DNA from: Candidatus Yanofskybacteria bacterium
Lineage (GTDB): Bacteria > Patescibacteriota > Minisyncoccia > 2-02-FULL-40-12 > IGHO2-01-FULL-4-A
DNA length: 64,000 bases
Direction: 5' to 3'
Assembly (NCBI GenBank): GCA_016181175.1
Contig: JACOZV010000001.1
Location: 75,778-139,777 of the forward strand
Shown: positions 39,170-48,078 of the stretch, piece by piece
How positions within the stretch are numbered: position 1 is the stretch's first letter
How the letters are laid out: every line of letters starts with the position of its first letter
Made by a program: the position numbers and the translations under genes
Notes under the pieces: generated by a model
Database searches by the model: none
Told to the model about the DNA's origin: nothing
What the model saw: only the letters and a program-made list of their open reading frames with translations

Positions 39170-39441
39170 TAAAATATGTTTTCTGATAAAAAACCAATAG
39201 AATATTGGATGCAAGAACTAATGAATCTAAAACATGAATGTGATCTGATGACAGAAAGGATAAGGAGTACCAGAGCGAACATTGAATATCTAATAGATTC
39301 AATCAAAGACAGAAGTCCAAAAGGAGTTGACCCAGAAAAATGGAAAAAGTTTTTAGCAGAATGGAATTCGTTTCAAATTGAATATAGTAACTTCCAATTT
39401 TAGTTTAAGTCGCCCTATTTTTAGGCAAGTTTTATTTGCCT
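39170..39441 (+). mobile_element. Stem-bounded IVS in the 23S domain V (helix-79-equivalent) region with a 75-aa ORF preceded by a perfect SD
   Basis: 14-bp stem GTAACCCTAGGAGG / CTTCCTAGGGTTAC encloses the insert; AGGAGGTAAAATATG gives SD spacing of 6 nt. Confidence 0.6.
39176..39403 (+). CDS. Small helical hypothetical protein encoded in the 23S IVS
   Basis: 75 aa (MFSDKKPIEYWMQELMNLKHECDLMTERIRS…); strong SD; no recognised family. Confidence 0.45.
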   Translation: MFSDKKPIEYWMQELMNLKHECDLMTERIRSTRANIEYLIDSIKDRSPKGVDPEKWKKFLAEWNSFQIEYSNFQF

Positions 39442-39498
39442 CTTCCTAGGGTTACATCAAGACAGTGCCTGGTGGGTAGTTTAACTGGGGCTGTTGCC

Positions 39499-39995
39499 TT
39501 AACGCGGTATTCGTTACACCGCATGGGGCCTACTGAAAGTAATTTCAGTATGCAAATTCGACTATATGCTGGAACCCCCGCGCATATCTGAATACTCTAC
39601 TTAGTAGCTGAGCTACTAAGTAAGTGAAAATTTTGGATCGATGCGGACAATCAGCAGGGAAGTTCTTCAATTAAATTCAGGACCCCTCAACGACTGTACG
39701 TCGAGTGCCGCGAAGCGGCAATGATACAGTCTGAACTGCATGGCGACATGCAGAGCTGGGCAGAAATGACCCGGCCGCCTATAAAATTTGGTTTTTTAAG
39801 GCCATGTTTTATGGGAAGGGTTTAGCGAATAATGCCTTATAGCACCGTTGAAGCTGTGCGATTGCACGGTTTGCGAGCAGTATAATTTTTCACTGCGAGT
39901 AAAATCCACAGATTCAACGGAGCGTAGCAACCTCGCTGGGGTTGCAAGCGGTGATAGAAGGTATTATTCGCTAAACCTGCAAAGTAACACAATTG
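39499..39995 (+). other. ORF-less structured insertion (intron or IVS) in 23S between GGGGCTGTTGCC and CCTAAAGAGTAACGGAGG
   Basis: About 497 nt with no ORF of 60 aa or more; contains GTCTGAACTGCATGGCGACATGCAGAG, near-identical to the 3' motif of the 37633..38949 intron, and a 20-bp internal stem GGTTTAGCGAATAATGCCTT / AAGGTATTATTCGCTAAACC. Confidence 0.5.
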
Positions 39996-40250
39996 CCTAA
40001 AGAGTAACGGAGGCGTTCATTAAGGTCGGCTAGCTGCGGATGGAAATCGCAGCGATAGTGTAAAGGCAAAAGCCGGCTTAACTGCGAGACGGATGTGTCG
40101 AGCAGGTGCGAAAGCAGGACTTAGTGAACCGACCGTTGGTCGTAGGACCGCGGAAGATCATCAGACAAAAGCTACTCCGGGGATAACAGGCTGGTACTGC
40201 CCGAGCGTCCCTAGCGACGGCAGTGTTCGGCACCTCGATGTCGGCTCGGC

Positions 40251-40769
40251 TTTTAATCGACTTTTTAACTGTTTGAGCCCGAGGAAAAGACATCAAAATA
40301 TAAATCACGGCGCAATAATATAGGAATATATTATTGACTGCTAACTTATATCGGTAAAACCCATTCGGTAAACTCGGGGTAATACCGAGAGAAGTTATTT
40401 GTTCAAATTTTTGGAAAAATAAAAAAGACCCTATTGGGTCATGTAAAATATGGCAAATGGTAAGGTAATGGCTAAAACAAATTGAAAGCGACAGAGACCA
40501 TCAGTATAGATTTTTTTGAAAGATCCAAGGGCTATAAGAGAGTTAAAAATCCAGAAAATAAGCATTAAAACCAGAGATATTAGCAGTTGTTGGGAGTTCA
40601 TTATTGCCTCCTAAATTAAATATAATTGATTATTAAATTATTGTCAATACCCAATTAATTTGACTCCAAAAATTTGAACAAATAACACTCGTAGAGACTA
40701 AATGTTAGCCATCCAATCTGCCAATCAGTGGAGGATGAAGTTATGGTCCAATGCACATAGTAATATGTG
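40251..40769 (+). other. ORF-less insertion in 23S after CACCTCGATGTCGGCTCGGC (E. coli ~2510 region); boundaries unresolved
   Basis: About 500 nt without an ORF; internal long-range pairing TTGTTCAAATTTTTGGAAAAAT / GACTCCAAAAATTTGAACAA resembles the module in the 37633..38949 intron; exon resumes near GAAACATGCGTGAGACAGGTTGGTCC. Confidence 0.4.
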
Positions 40770-40840
40770 GAAACATGCGTGAGACAGGTTGGTCCTTATC
40801 TGGTGCGGGCGTTGAAGTTTGAGGGGGGTTGTCCCTAGTA

Positions 40841-41614
40841 AGAAATTGCTACTTCACGCAGTAATGCGTGATGACAACTCGGCTAATAACGGTGAAATCT
40901 TATTATTTTTGTGTTCGTTGATAACTACAATTGTCGCGGTCCGACAATTATAGTACAATTTACTTGAGGACCAGAAATAATTAAGACGATACCGTGGGAA
41001 GTCAATCTAAAATTGATTTAGCATATATTGCAGGTTTTCTTGATGGTGACGGAAGCTTGATGTTACAAATCAAGAGACGCAAAGATGGAACCAAAAAGTT
41101 TCGCTTTATGTCTACAATTTGTTTTTATCAGGATAGTAACCACGAAGAATTTCTGCATTGGATAAAAAATATTCTTGGAATTGGTTATTTGACTCAAAGA
41201 GATGATGGCATGAGTGAACTAAGAATTAATGGATTTAAACAAGTTAAAGATATAATAAAAAACTTATTGCCATTTATTAAATTCAAGAAAAATCAAGCCA
41301 ATGCTATTTATGAAGCAACTAGCATGATGAGCAGTAAGATTCTAAGCCGTTTAACCAAGCAGGAATTGTTAAAAATCGTAGATTTAATGCTTATAATTCA
41401 AAAGCATAATTATAAATCTAGAAGCAAGAAAACCAAAAAAGAACTCATTCAATTATTAGATTTGACCCCGTAACGACTTGTCGAGTTTAGCTCGACGGAT
41501 GATTAGCGATGAGATTGCATCAATGGTTAATCATAACATGCCGATTCCCTGAATCCGCTTTTTGCGGGAGGGAAAAGATATAGTCTACACTTATAGTGAT
41601 ATAAGATTTTGTGA
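40841..41614 (+). mobile_element. Intron in the 23S sarcin-ricin loop (CCCTAGTA | CGAGAGGACCGG) carrying a LAGLIDADG homing-endonuclease gene
   Basis: Flanking exons reconstitute CCTAGTACGAGAGGACCGG exactly; 774-nt insert. Confidence 0.7.
40994..41473 (+). CDS. LAGLIDADG homing endonuclease, intron-encoded
   Basis: 159 aa; LAYIAGFLDGDGSL LAGLIDADG motif. Confidence 0.8.
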   Translation: MGSQSKIDLAYIAGFLDGDGSLMLQIKRRKDGTKKFRFMSTICFYQDSNHEEFLHWIKNILGIGYLTQRDDGMSELRINGFKQVKDIIKNLLPFIKFKKNQANAIYEATSMMSSKILSRLTKQELLKIVDLMLIIQKHNYKSRSKKTKKELIQLLDLTP

Positions 41615-42282
41615 CGAGAGGACCGGGATGAACGAACCTCTGGTCTACCAATTGTTTTGCCAAAAGCAGCGTTGGGTAGCTATGTTCGGTTCCGATAAGC
41701 GCTGAAAGAGATTTGAGGCGAGGCGAAGCAAAAACAACGAGGCATGGCTTGTGCCATGTCAAGGAGTTTTTGTGAAGCCGCAGCTCAAATATATAAATTG
41801 CAGCAGAAATGATTATTAAGTCGGAGGCACAAAGATTCGTGAGAGATTATCACGTTGATAGGGCGCAGGTGTAAGCGCGGTAACGCGTTCAGCCGAGCGC
41901 TACTAATAAATCATCAATTCCTTACAAGATTAAGTCCTTATGACCTTCGCGCTTAAACTGCGGAGCCCCCAAAATCTAAGGGGCTGGCCGCAGTTAAGCC
42001 GCAAGGATTTGCCCAATTTCTTCGTTAAGCACTCCGGTGCTCCCTCGCCATACCTCTAGTATGGCTCGGTTCACTCCTCGTGCTTGCCTCGAACTTGGCC
42101 AAACGCGAAGGTCAAAAATGCAAAAACACCCCTTTAACTATAAAAACTAAAAACCATTTGCTTGGTGGTTATACCGGAAGTGTCCCACCCGATCCTCCCG
42201 CCCATGTACACATAGGCGGGATTGCGATTTGCAGTTGTGCTCGTTACACTGTGCGCAAGCAAATCGGTAACATTCAGACTTG

Positions 42283-42458
42283 CCCCGCACCAAAATTAAA
42301 AATTAAAGCCAGCAAGTTGGTGACTATACTGTGAGTGCTCCACCTGTTCCCATTCCGAACACAGAAGTGAAATCTCGCAAGGCCCATGATAGTACAGTGC
42401 TTAGCATTGTGCGAAAGTAGGTAGTCGCCAGCTTGCTGGTTTTAATTTTGGTGCGGGG
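42283..42458. repeat. Family-B inverted repeat (CCCCGCACCAAAATTAAAA … TTTTAATTTTGGTGCGGGG) enclosing the 5S gene as an extended processing-stem/hairpin
   Basis: Left arm 42283-42307, right arm 42440-42458, 19 bp perfectly complementary. Confidence 0.6.
42308..42439 (+). rRNA. rrf: 5S rRNA with a 16-bp extended terminal helix
   Basis: GGTGACTATACTGTGAGTGCTCCACCTGTTCCCATTCCGAACACAGAAGTGAAATCTCGCAAGGCCCATGATAGTACAGTGCTTAGCATTGTGCGAAAGTAGGTAGTCGCCAGC; ends GCCAGCAAGTTGG / CCAGCTTGCTGG pair. Confidence 0.8.
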
Positions 42459-42587
42459 ACTCGGTAGTGAAATCTTCCAGGGCCTATGATAGTATCGTGC
42501 TTAGCATGATACGAAAGTGGGTCACCGCCAGACAAATGGTTTTTAGTTTACTTTTATTTTAGTAGTGATCCAGCTATAATTAATCTA

Positions 42588-43367
42588 ATGAACGACTCTC
42601 AACGACTGCAAAAACAGATAATGGTTGCTATAATTTTCTTTTTGGTTGTGGGTGGTATTGGTTTCGGAATTTATCGTGGCGTTGCGCCAGTTTCTCCAAC
42701 CCCCACACCTAATCCGACAATTAACTTGGCACCGATTCGGGTTCTGGATTCTAAATTTTTGAATATTGAAAATAATGACTATGATTTTTTAGCTAAAGTG
42801 AACAATAGCAACACGGAATACGGTTCACCTAATGTTGAATATGAAATTAAATTTTATAATTATGCTGGACAACAGATTTCAAATAAAATCGGACGATTTT
42901 ACATTCTACCAGGGCAGACGAAATACATTATTGAGCCTTTGCTTAAATTTCAAACACCGATCAGTCGAGCTGATATTAAAATCACAAGCGTAGATTGGCA
43001 GAAACTTCAAACTCTAGCTACCGCGGGCGCTACTTTGCTAGTTAAAAATGTTTCGTATCTGCAGAATTCACAGGCTGGTGTTTTTGCAAAAGTAGGTGGG
43101 GAGATTTTAAATAATTCCGACTTAGATCTTAATACGATTGATGTTGTTGTTGTTGTTTTAGATGCAAGCCAAGAGCCGATTGCCATTAATAGAACAAACA
43201 TATTTACGTTCCTTGCCCGTACTACTAGAGGATTTGAAGTCCAATGGTTTACGCCGTTTATCGGGCAAATGAATCGCGTAGATGCCGAGGCTAATGCGAA
43301 TGTTTTTGAGAACTCAAACTTCTTGCGTACCTATGGCGGACAGGAAAGATTTAAGCAATTCTATTGA
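42588..43367 (+). CDS. Hypothetical membrane-anchored extracytoplasmic protein
   Basis: 259 aa; N-terminal TM helix VAIIFFLVVGGIGFGIY, PTPTPNPT linker, beta-rich remainder. Confidence 0.5.
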   Translation: MNDSQRLQKQIMVAIIFFLVVGGIGFGIYRGVAPVSPTPTPNPTINLAPIRVLDSKFLNIENNDYDFLAKVNNSNTEYGSPNVEYEIKFYNYAGQQISNKIGRFYILPGQTKYIIEPLLKFQTPISRADIKITSVDWQKLQTLATAGATLLVKNVSYLQNSQAGVFAKVGGEILNNSDLDLNTIDVVVVVLDASQEPIAINRTNIFTFLARTTRGFEVQWFTPFIGQMNRVDAEANANVFENSNFLRTYGGQERFKQFY

Positions 43368-43392
43368 ACTATCAGAAAACAAAAAATAGGAA

Positions 43393-44478
43393 CTAGTTTC
43401 TGGTACTGATACGGATATTCTGTATTATCCCCAGTCCGATCATGAGCGTAACCAGATGACTGCCGCCGTAACTCAAAAAAGAAAAAGGAATACCAGTAAT
43501 AGGCAGTAGACCTAGATTAAAACCGGCGTTGATGGAAACGTGGGCAAAAATTAAAGTTAAAAACCCTAAAGAGAAAAGCTTGGCAAAATTATTATCAGTC
43601 CTGGATGCGATAGAGCCAATGCGGAACATTAAAGATAAGAAAAATATAACTAGTACAATTATTCCTGCAAAACCGAATTTTCTGGCATAATTTGCAAAAG
43701 CAAAGTCATTATATGGTTCTGGAACAAGCGCCCGCTGGGTCGCTTTTTTGTCAAAAGCTGTGCCAAACCATTGCCCCGATCCTAAGGTTGTTTTGGCCTG
43801 TAAAATATTGTAGCCGCTTCCTTGCGGGTCAAGGTAAGGATTGATAAAAGAAGCGAGCCGATCTTTTTGGTATGGTTTAAGAATTGCGAACCAACCTATG
43901 GTTGCGATTATTACTCCAATCATCAAAATTGTTAAAAGATGATTTCTTTTTATTCCAGAAAAAAGGAGCATGGCCAACCAAATAAGGGCCAGTACTATTA
44001 CCGAACCTAAATCTGGCTGGCTGAACATAAGAGCGGCTGGAATAAATGCATATACGGCCGAAGCCAGTATGTGGCGTGCATGATAAATTTCCACATGTTT
44101 TTGTGAAAAATATTTAGCCAGCAATACCACAAGAGAAAGTTTGGCCAGTTCGGACGGCTCAAAAGTGAAATTTTTAAAAATAATCCAGGAACTAACGCCT
44201 CGTATTTCCCGGGAAGTCAGGGCAATAAGTAAAAGGACGATTGCGACCAGATAAAGCACGATTGATGCCGAGGACATATTTTTGAAAATCCGATAATCAA
44301 AAAAAGATACCGCTAACATGATGGCCATGCCGATTATCAAAAATACAGCTTGCCTTTTTATAAAATCAGGAGATCTTGGTCCGATATTATAAAAACTGGC
44401 GATACCAAGCCCTACAGTCAGTACGACAATTACAACTAACCACAAATCCATTTTCCTTATATGAGATAGGAAAGACAT
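43393..44478 (-). CDS. SEDS-family peptidoglycan glycosyltransferase (FtsW/RodA), immediately downstream of rpoC on the same strand
   Basis: 361 aa polytopic; conserved PEPYNDFAFA and GSGYNILQAKTTLGSGQWFGTG blocks. Confidence 0.8.
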   Translation of the reverse strand: MSFLSHIRKMDLWLVVIVVLTVGLGIASFYNIGPRSPDFIKRQAVFLIIGMAIMLAVSFFDYRIFKNMSSASIVLYLVAIVLLLIALTSREIRGVSSWIIFKNFTFEPSELAKLSLVVLLAKYFSQKHVEIYHARHILASAVYAFIPAALMFSQPDLGSVIVLALIWLAMLLFSGIKRNHLLTILMIGVIIATIGWFAILKPYQKDRLASFINPYLDPQGSGYNILQAKTTLGSGQWFGTAFDKKATQRALVPEPYNDFAFANYARKFGFAGIIVLVIFFLSLMFRIGSIASRTDNNFAKLFSLGFLTLIFAHVSINAGFNLGLLPITGIPFSFLSYGGSHLVTLMIGLGIIQNIRISTRN

Positions 44479-44493
44479 GTACTCTTTTTTCTT

Positions 44494-47400
44494 TTACTCT
44501 TCTTCGGGTGCTGGCTTAGCCACATATTGGTAACCGGTACCGGCTGGTATGAGACGGCCGATGATGACGTTTTCTTTTAGCCCGCGCAAAGTATCTTCTT
44601 TGCCGGCAACAGCTGCATCAATCAATATACGTGCTGTTTCTTGGAATGATGCTGCCGATAAGAAGCTTTCGGTTGAAAGCGAAACCTTTGTAATACCCAA
44701 TAGCAATTGTTCAAAAGTAGCTGGTTTGCCATTGTGATTTTGCACGTCTTCATTTGCTTCCAAAACTGTACGTTTTTCCACAACATCGCCTGGCAATAAC
44801 TCTGTATCACCCTGATCAAGAATCTTGACCCTAGAGAACATTTGTCTGACTACCAACTCAACGTGTTTATCATTAATGCCTTCACCAGTGGCAAAATAGA
44901 TACTTTGTACTTCGCGGATTACATAACGAGCAACATCTTGAACATTTCCTGTTGTGTGTAAAAGTTCTCTCAAGTCAATGTGACCATCTGAAAGTTGTTG
45001 GCCGGCCGTTACCAAGTCGCCAGCTCTAACCGATGATGTCACTCCCGGCATTGTTAGGTATTCACGCTCCTCGCCCTTATCAGACATTATTTTAATAAAT
45101 GTTTGATTGCCTTTTTCTTCAACGCTTATTACTTTGCCGTCAATTTCAGATATCAGTGCTTTTCCAGATGGTGGCCTGACCTCAAAAATTTCTTGGACAC
45201 GCGGCAGACCCATGGTAATGTCACCAACACTGGCGACACCTCCAGTATGAAAAGTTCTCATTGTAAGCTGAGTGCCCGGTTCTCCGATTGCTTGTGCGGT
45301 AACTATACCCACCGCTTCGCCTATTGCTACTAATTTATTTTTAGATAAGTCGTAACCATAGCAAACACGGCAAATGCCATCTTTGGCTTTGCAGGTTATA
45401 AGTGATCTGATTTTCACTTTTTCTGGTTTAGCTTGGTCAATTTTAACGGATGTTTCCTTGTCTATCAATTGGTTTTTTTTAGCAATAATATTGCCCTCAG
45501 TGTCTTTTATTTCTTCCATAACAGCGCGACCCAGCAAACGTTTTCCTATGCTATCTCCACCTATCGATTTGCCATCAGACGTATGTAGGGTATAACCCTC
45601 CTTGTCCTTACAATCTTCTTGTTGTACAACAACGTCTTGCGCCACATCAACCAAGCGTCGTGTCAGATAACCAGCCGTGGCAGTACGTAGGGCGGTGTCA
45701 ACCAGTCCCTTTCTTGCGCCATGGGTAGAAATAAAGTATTCCAAAACATTTAATCCTTGCTTGAATGAGCTTTTTACTGGCAACTCAATTAATTCTCCGT
45801 CTGGTTTGACCATTAAGCCACGCATACCAGCGAGCTGGTTGACAGTACCCCAGTTACCTCTGGCTTTTGAGTCAACCATCATGAAAACGGCATCATCTTC
45901 TTTAAATTGATTGCTGACCATTTTTTCTAGTTTTGACTTGGTGACTGTCCAGATTTCAATAGCTTTTGATTTGCGTTCATATTCGGTCAGTAACCCCTGT
46001 GCATAAAGAGACTGATTTTCTTCTATAGTATTTTCTGCTTCGGTCATTATTTCTGTTTTTTCCTTGGGTACTCTAAGGTCGTCCATGCCCCAAGAGACAC
46101 CGGAAACTGTTGCATAGTGAAAACCATATTCTCGCACTGCGTCCATAAACTCAACAACTATGTCTTCTCCATAATCATGCAGAATTTCGGCTTCAAGATT
46201 GCGAAGGTCGGTTTGGTTGAATGTTTTATTCACAAAGGCATGATCTTTTGGTAATGCATGGTGGAATATTATTCGGCCAATTGAGGTTTCAATCAACTTT
46301 GGCGAAGAATCTAAAACATCTTTTGGCAAGTAGACTTTTATTTTACTTCTTAGATCTATTATCCCGTGCTCAAGAGCTAACATTGCCTCTGACTCTGACG
46401 AAAAAATCTTTCCCTCGCCGATTAAACTAGTGCCAATGCTTGTGAGGTAGTAACAGCCAAAAGTGATATCTCTGGTTGCAATCGCGACCGGTTCACCCGT
46501 TGCTGGTTTTAATATTCCGTGTGTTGAGAGCATCAAGTCGCGCGCTTCTTTTTGAGCCTCTGCTGTTAAGGGTAAATGAACGGCCATTTGGTCACCATCA
46601 AAGTCAGCATTGAAAGCACGCGTTGGTAGGGCGGGAATTTTTATTGCCTTACCCTCAATTAATACTGGTTTAAAAGCCTGCACTGACAATCTGTGCAGAG
46701 TGGGGGCGCGGTTTAACAAAACCAGCCTGTCTTTAATGGCAAATTCCAATGCTTCCCAAACTTCAGGAACCTCTTGTTCTATAAGATGACTCGCAGAGCG
46801 AATATTGTGAGCCAACCCTTTGGTTTTAAGATAATTTATTATAAATGGCTTAAATAATTCTAGAGCCATAAATTTAGGTAAACCGCACTCGCTGATCTTT
46901 AAATTTGGGCCGATAACAATTACGCTTCTGCCGGAATAATCTACGCGTTTGCCGAGTAGGTTTTGCCTGAATCTACCCTGCTTTCCCTTAAGCATATCCG
47001 CAAGAGACTTGAGGGCTCTTTTTTGGCCAGTGGAAGCTGAAACAAGCGTTTGCCCCCGCCTCATAGAATTATCTATAAGTGCATCAACGGCTTCCTGGAG
47101 CATCCTTTTTTCATTTTTTGTGATAACCTCTGGTGCTTTAAGCTCAACCAAATGTTTCAAGCGGTTATTTCTATTTATGACGCGTCGGTAAAGATCATTT
47201 AGATCCGATGTGGCATAACGGCCGCCGTCTAATTGAACCATTGGGCGAAGTAGCGGTGGAATAATTGGCAGGACTTCAAGAATCATCCACTCCGGGCGTA
47301 TATTATTTCTTAGCATTTTCTTGAGTATTTTAAGGCGGCGCATCCACTTTTTTTGTATAGTTGGATTATCAATTTCTTTTAAACCATTTTCTGCTTTCGT

Positions 47401-48075
47401 TATTTCTTCTTGCAGATCCATCTCTTCCATAAGTTTTCTTATTGCTTCAGCGCCTATGCTTGCTTCAAAAACTTCACCATATTTGAGTGATAAATCTCTG
47501 AATTCGAGTTCCGAGAGTATCTGGTATTTTTTTAAGCTTTTGAGATTACCTTTTTCTTCTTCACGCCGTTCTTTAATTCTTTCCTGTTCGCTTTTCTGCG
47601 GAGCGTTTTTAATAAGAGATCGGAAACCGGTTTCCATTTTTTTCATGGCCTCGGTTTTTAGGTCTTCGTTTACCCTCGTTACAATGTAAGCCGCAAAATA
47701 TATTACCCTTTCAAGGTCTGGCAATGAAACATCCAATACTGTGGCAATGCGCGAAGGCATTCCGCGTAAAAACCAAATATGCGCAACAGGGCTAGCTAAC
47801 TTAATGTGACCCATACGTTCGCGCCTGACGATAGATCTTGTCACCTCAACGCCGCAACGATCGCAGATAATTCCTTTGTAGCGTATCCTTCTATATTTTC
47901 CACAATAACATTCCCAGTCTTTTGTCGGTCCGAAAATAGACTCTGAAAATAGACCTTCTTTTTCAGGTTTTTGTGTGCGGTAATTTATCGTTTCCGGTTT
48001 AGTTACTTCGCCATAAGACCACTGAAGTATTTCTTCAGGCGAAGCGACTCGGAGTTTTAAGGCAGAAAAGTCCAT
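44494..48075 (-). CDS. rpoC: DNA-directed RNA polymerase subunit beta' (1193 aa)
   Basis: NADFDGDQMAVHLP catalytic motif, zinc finger CxxC…CxxC at N-terminus. Confidence 0.95.
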   Translation of the reverse strand: MDFSALKLRVASPEEILQWSYGEVTKPETINYRTQKPEKEGLFSESIFGPTKDWECYCGKYRRIRYKGIICDRCGVEVTRSIVRRERMGHIKLASPVAHIWFLRGMPSRIATVLDVSLPDLERVIYFAAYIVTRVNEDLKTEAMKKMETGFRSLIKNAPQKSEQERIKERREEEKGNLKSLKKYQILSELEFRDLSLKYGEVFEASIGAEAIRKLMEEMDLQEEITKAENGLKEIDNPTIQKKWMRRLKILKKMLRNNIRPEWMILEVLPIIPPLLRPMVQLDGGRYATSDLNDLYRRVINRNNRLKHLVELKAPEVITKNEKRMLQEAVDALIDNSMRRGQTLVSASTGQKRALKSLADMLKGKQGRFRQNLLGKRVDYSGRSVIVIGPNLKISECGLPKFMALELFKPFIINYLKTKGLAHNIRSASHLIEQEVPEVWEALEFAIKDRLVLLNRAPTLHRLSVQAFKPVLIEGKAIKIPALPTRAFNADFDGDQMAVHLPLTAEAQKEARDLMLSTHGILKPATGEPVAIATRDITFGCYYLTSIGTSLIGEGKIFSSESEAMLALEHGIIDLRSKIKVYLPKDVLDSSPKLIETSIGRIIFHHALPKDHAFVNKTFNQTDLRNLEAEILHDYGEDIVVEFMDAVREYGFHYATVSGVSWGMDDLRVPKEKTEIMTEAENTIEENQSLYAQGLLTEYERKSKAIEIWTVTKSKLEKMVSNQFKEDDAVFMMVDSKARGNWGTVNQLAGMRGLMVKPDGELIELPVKSSFKQGLNVLEYFISTHGARKGLVDTALRTATAGYLTRRLVDVAQDVVVQQEDCKDKEGYTLHTSDGKSIGGDSIGKRLLGRAVMEEIKDTEGNIIAKKNQLIDKETSVKIDQAKPEKVKIRSLITCKAKDGICRVCYGYDLSKNKLVAIGEAVGIVTAQAIGEPGTQLTMRTFHTGGVASVGDITMGLPRVQEIFEVRPPSGKALISEIDGKVISVEEKGNQTFIKIMSDKGEEREYLTMPGVTSSVRAGDLVTAGQQLSDGHIDLRELLHTTGNVQDVARYVIREVQSIYFATGEGINDKHVELVVRQMFSRVKILDQGDTELLPGDVVEKRTVLEANEDVQNHNGKPATFEQLLLGITKVSLSTESFLSAASFQETARILIDAAVAGKEDTLRGLKENVIIGRLIPAGTGYQYVAKPAPEEE

Positions 48076-48078
48076 ATT

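Noticed and set aside
42080-42334. 84-aa ORF in the 23S-5S spacer
   Set aside because: It overlaps the 5S-like fragment and the family-B hairpin. There is no RBS and it is spurious.
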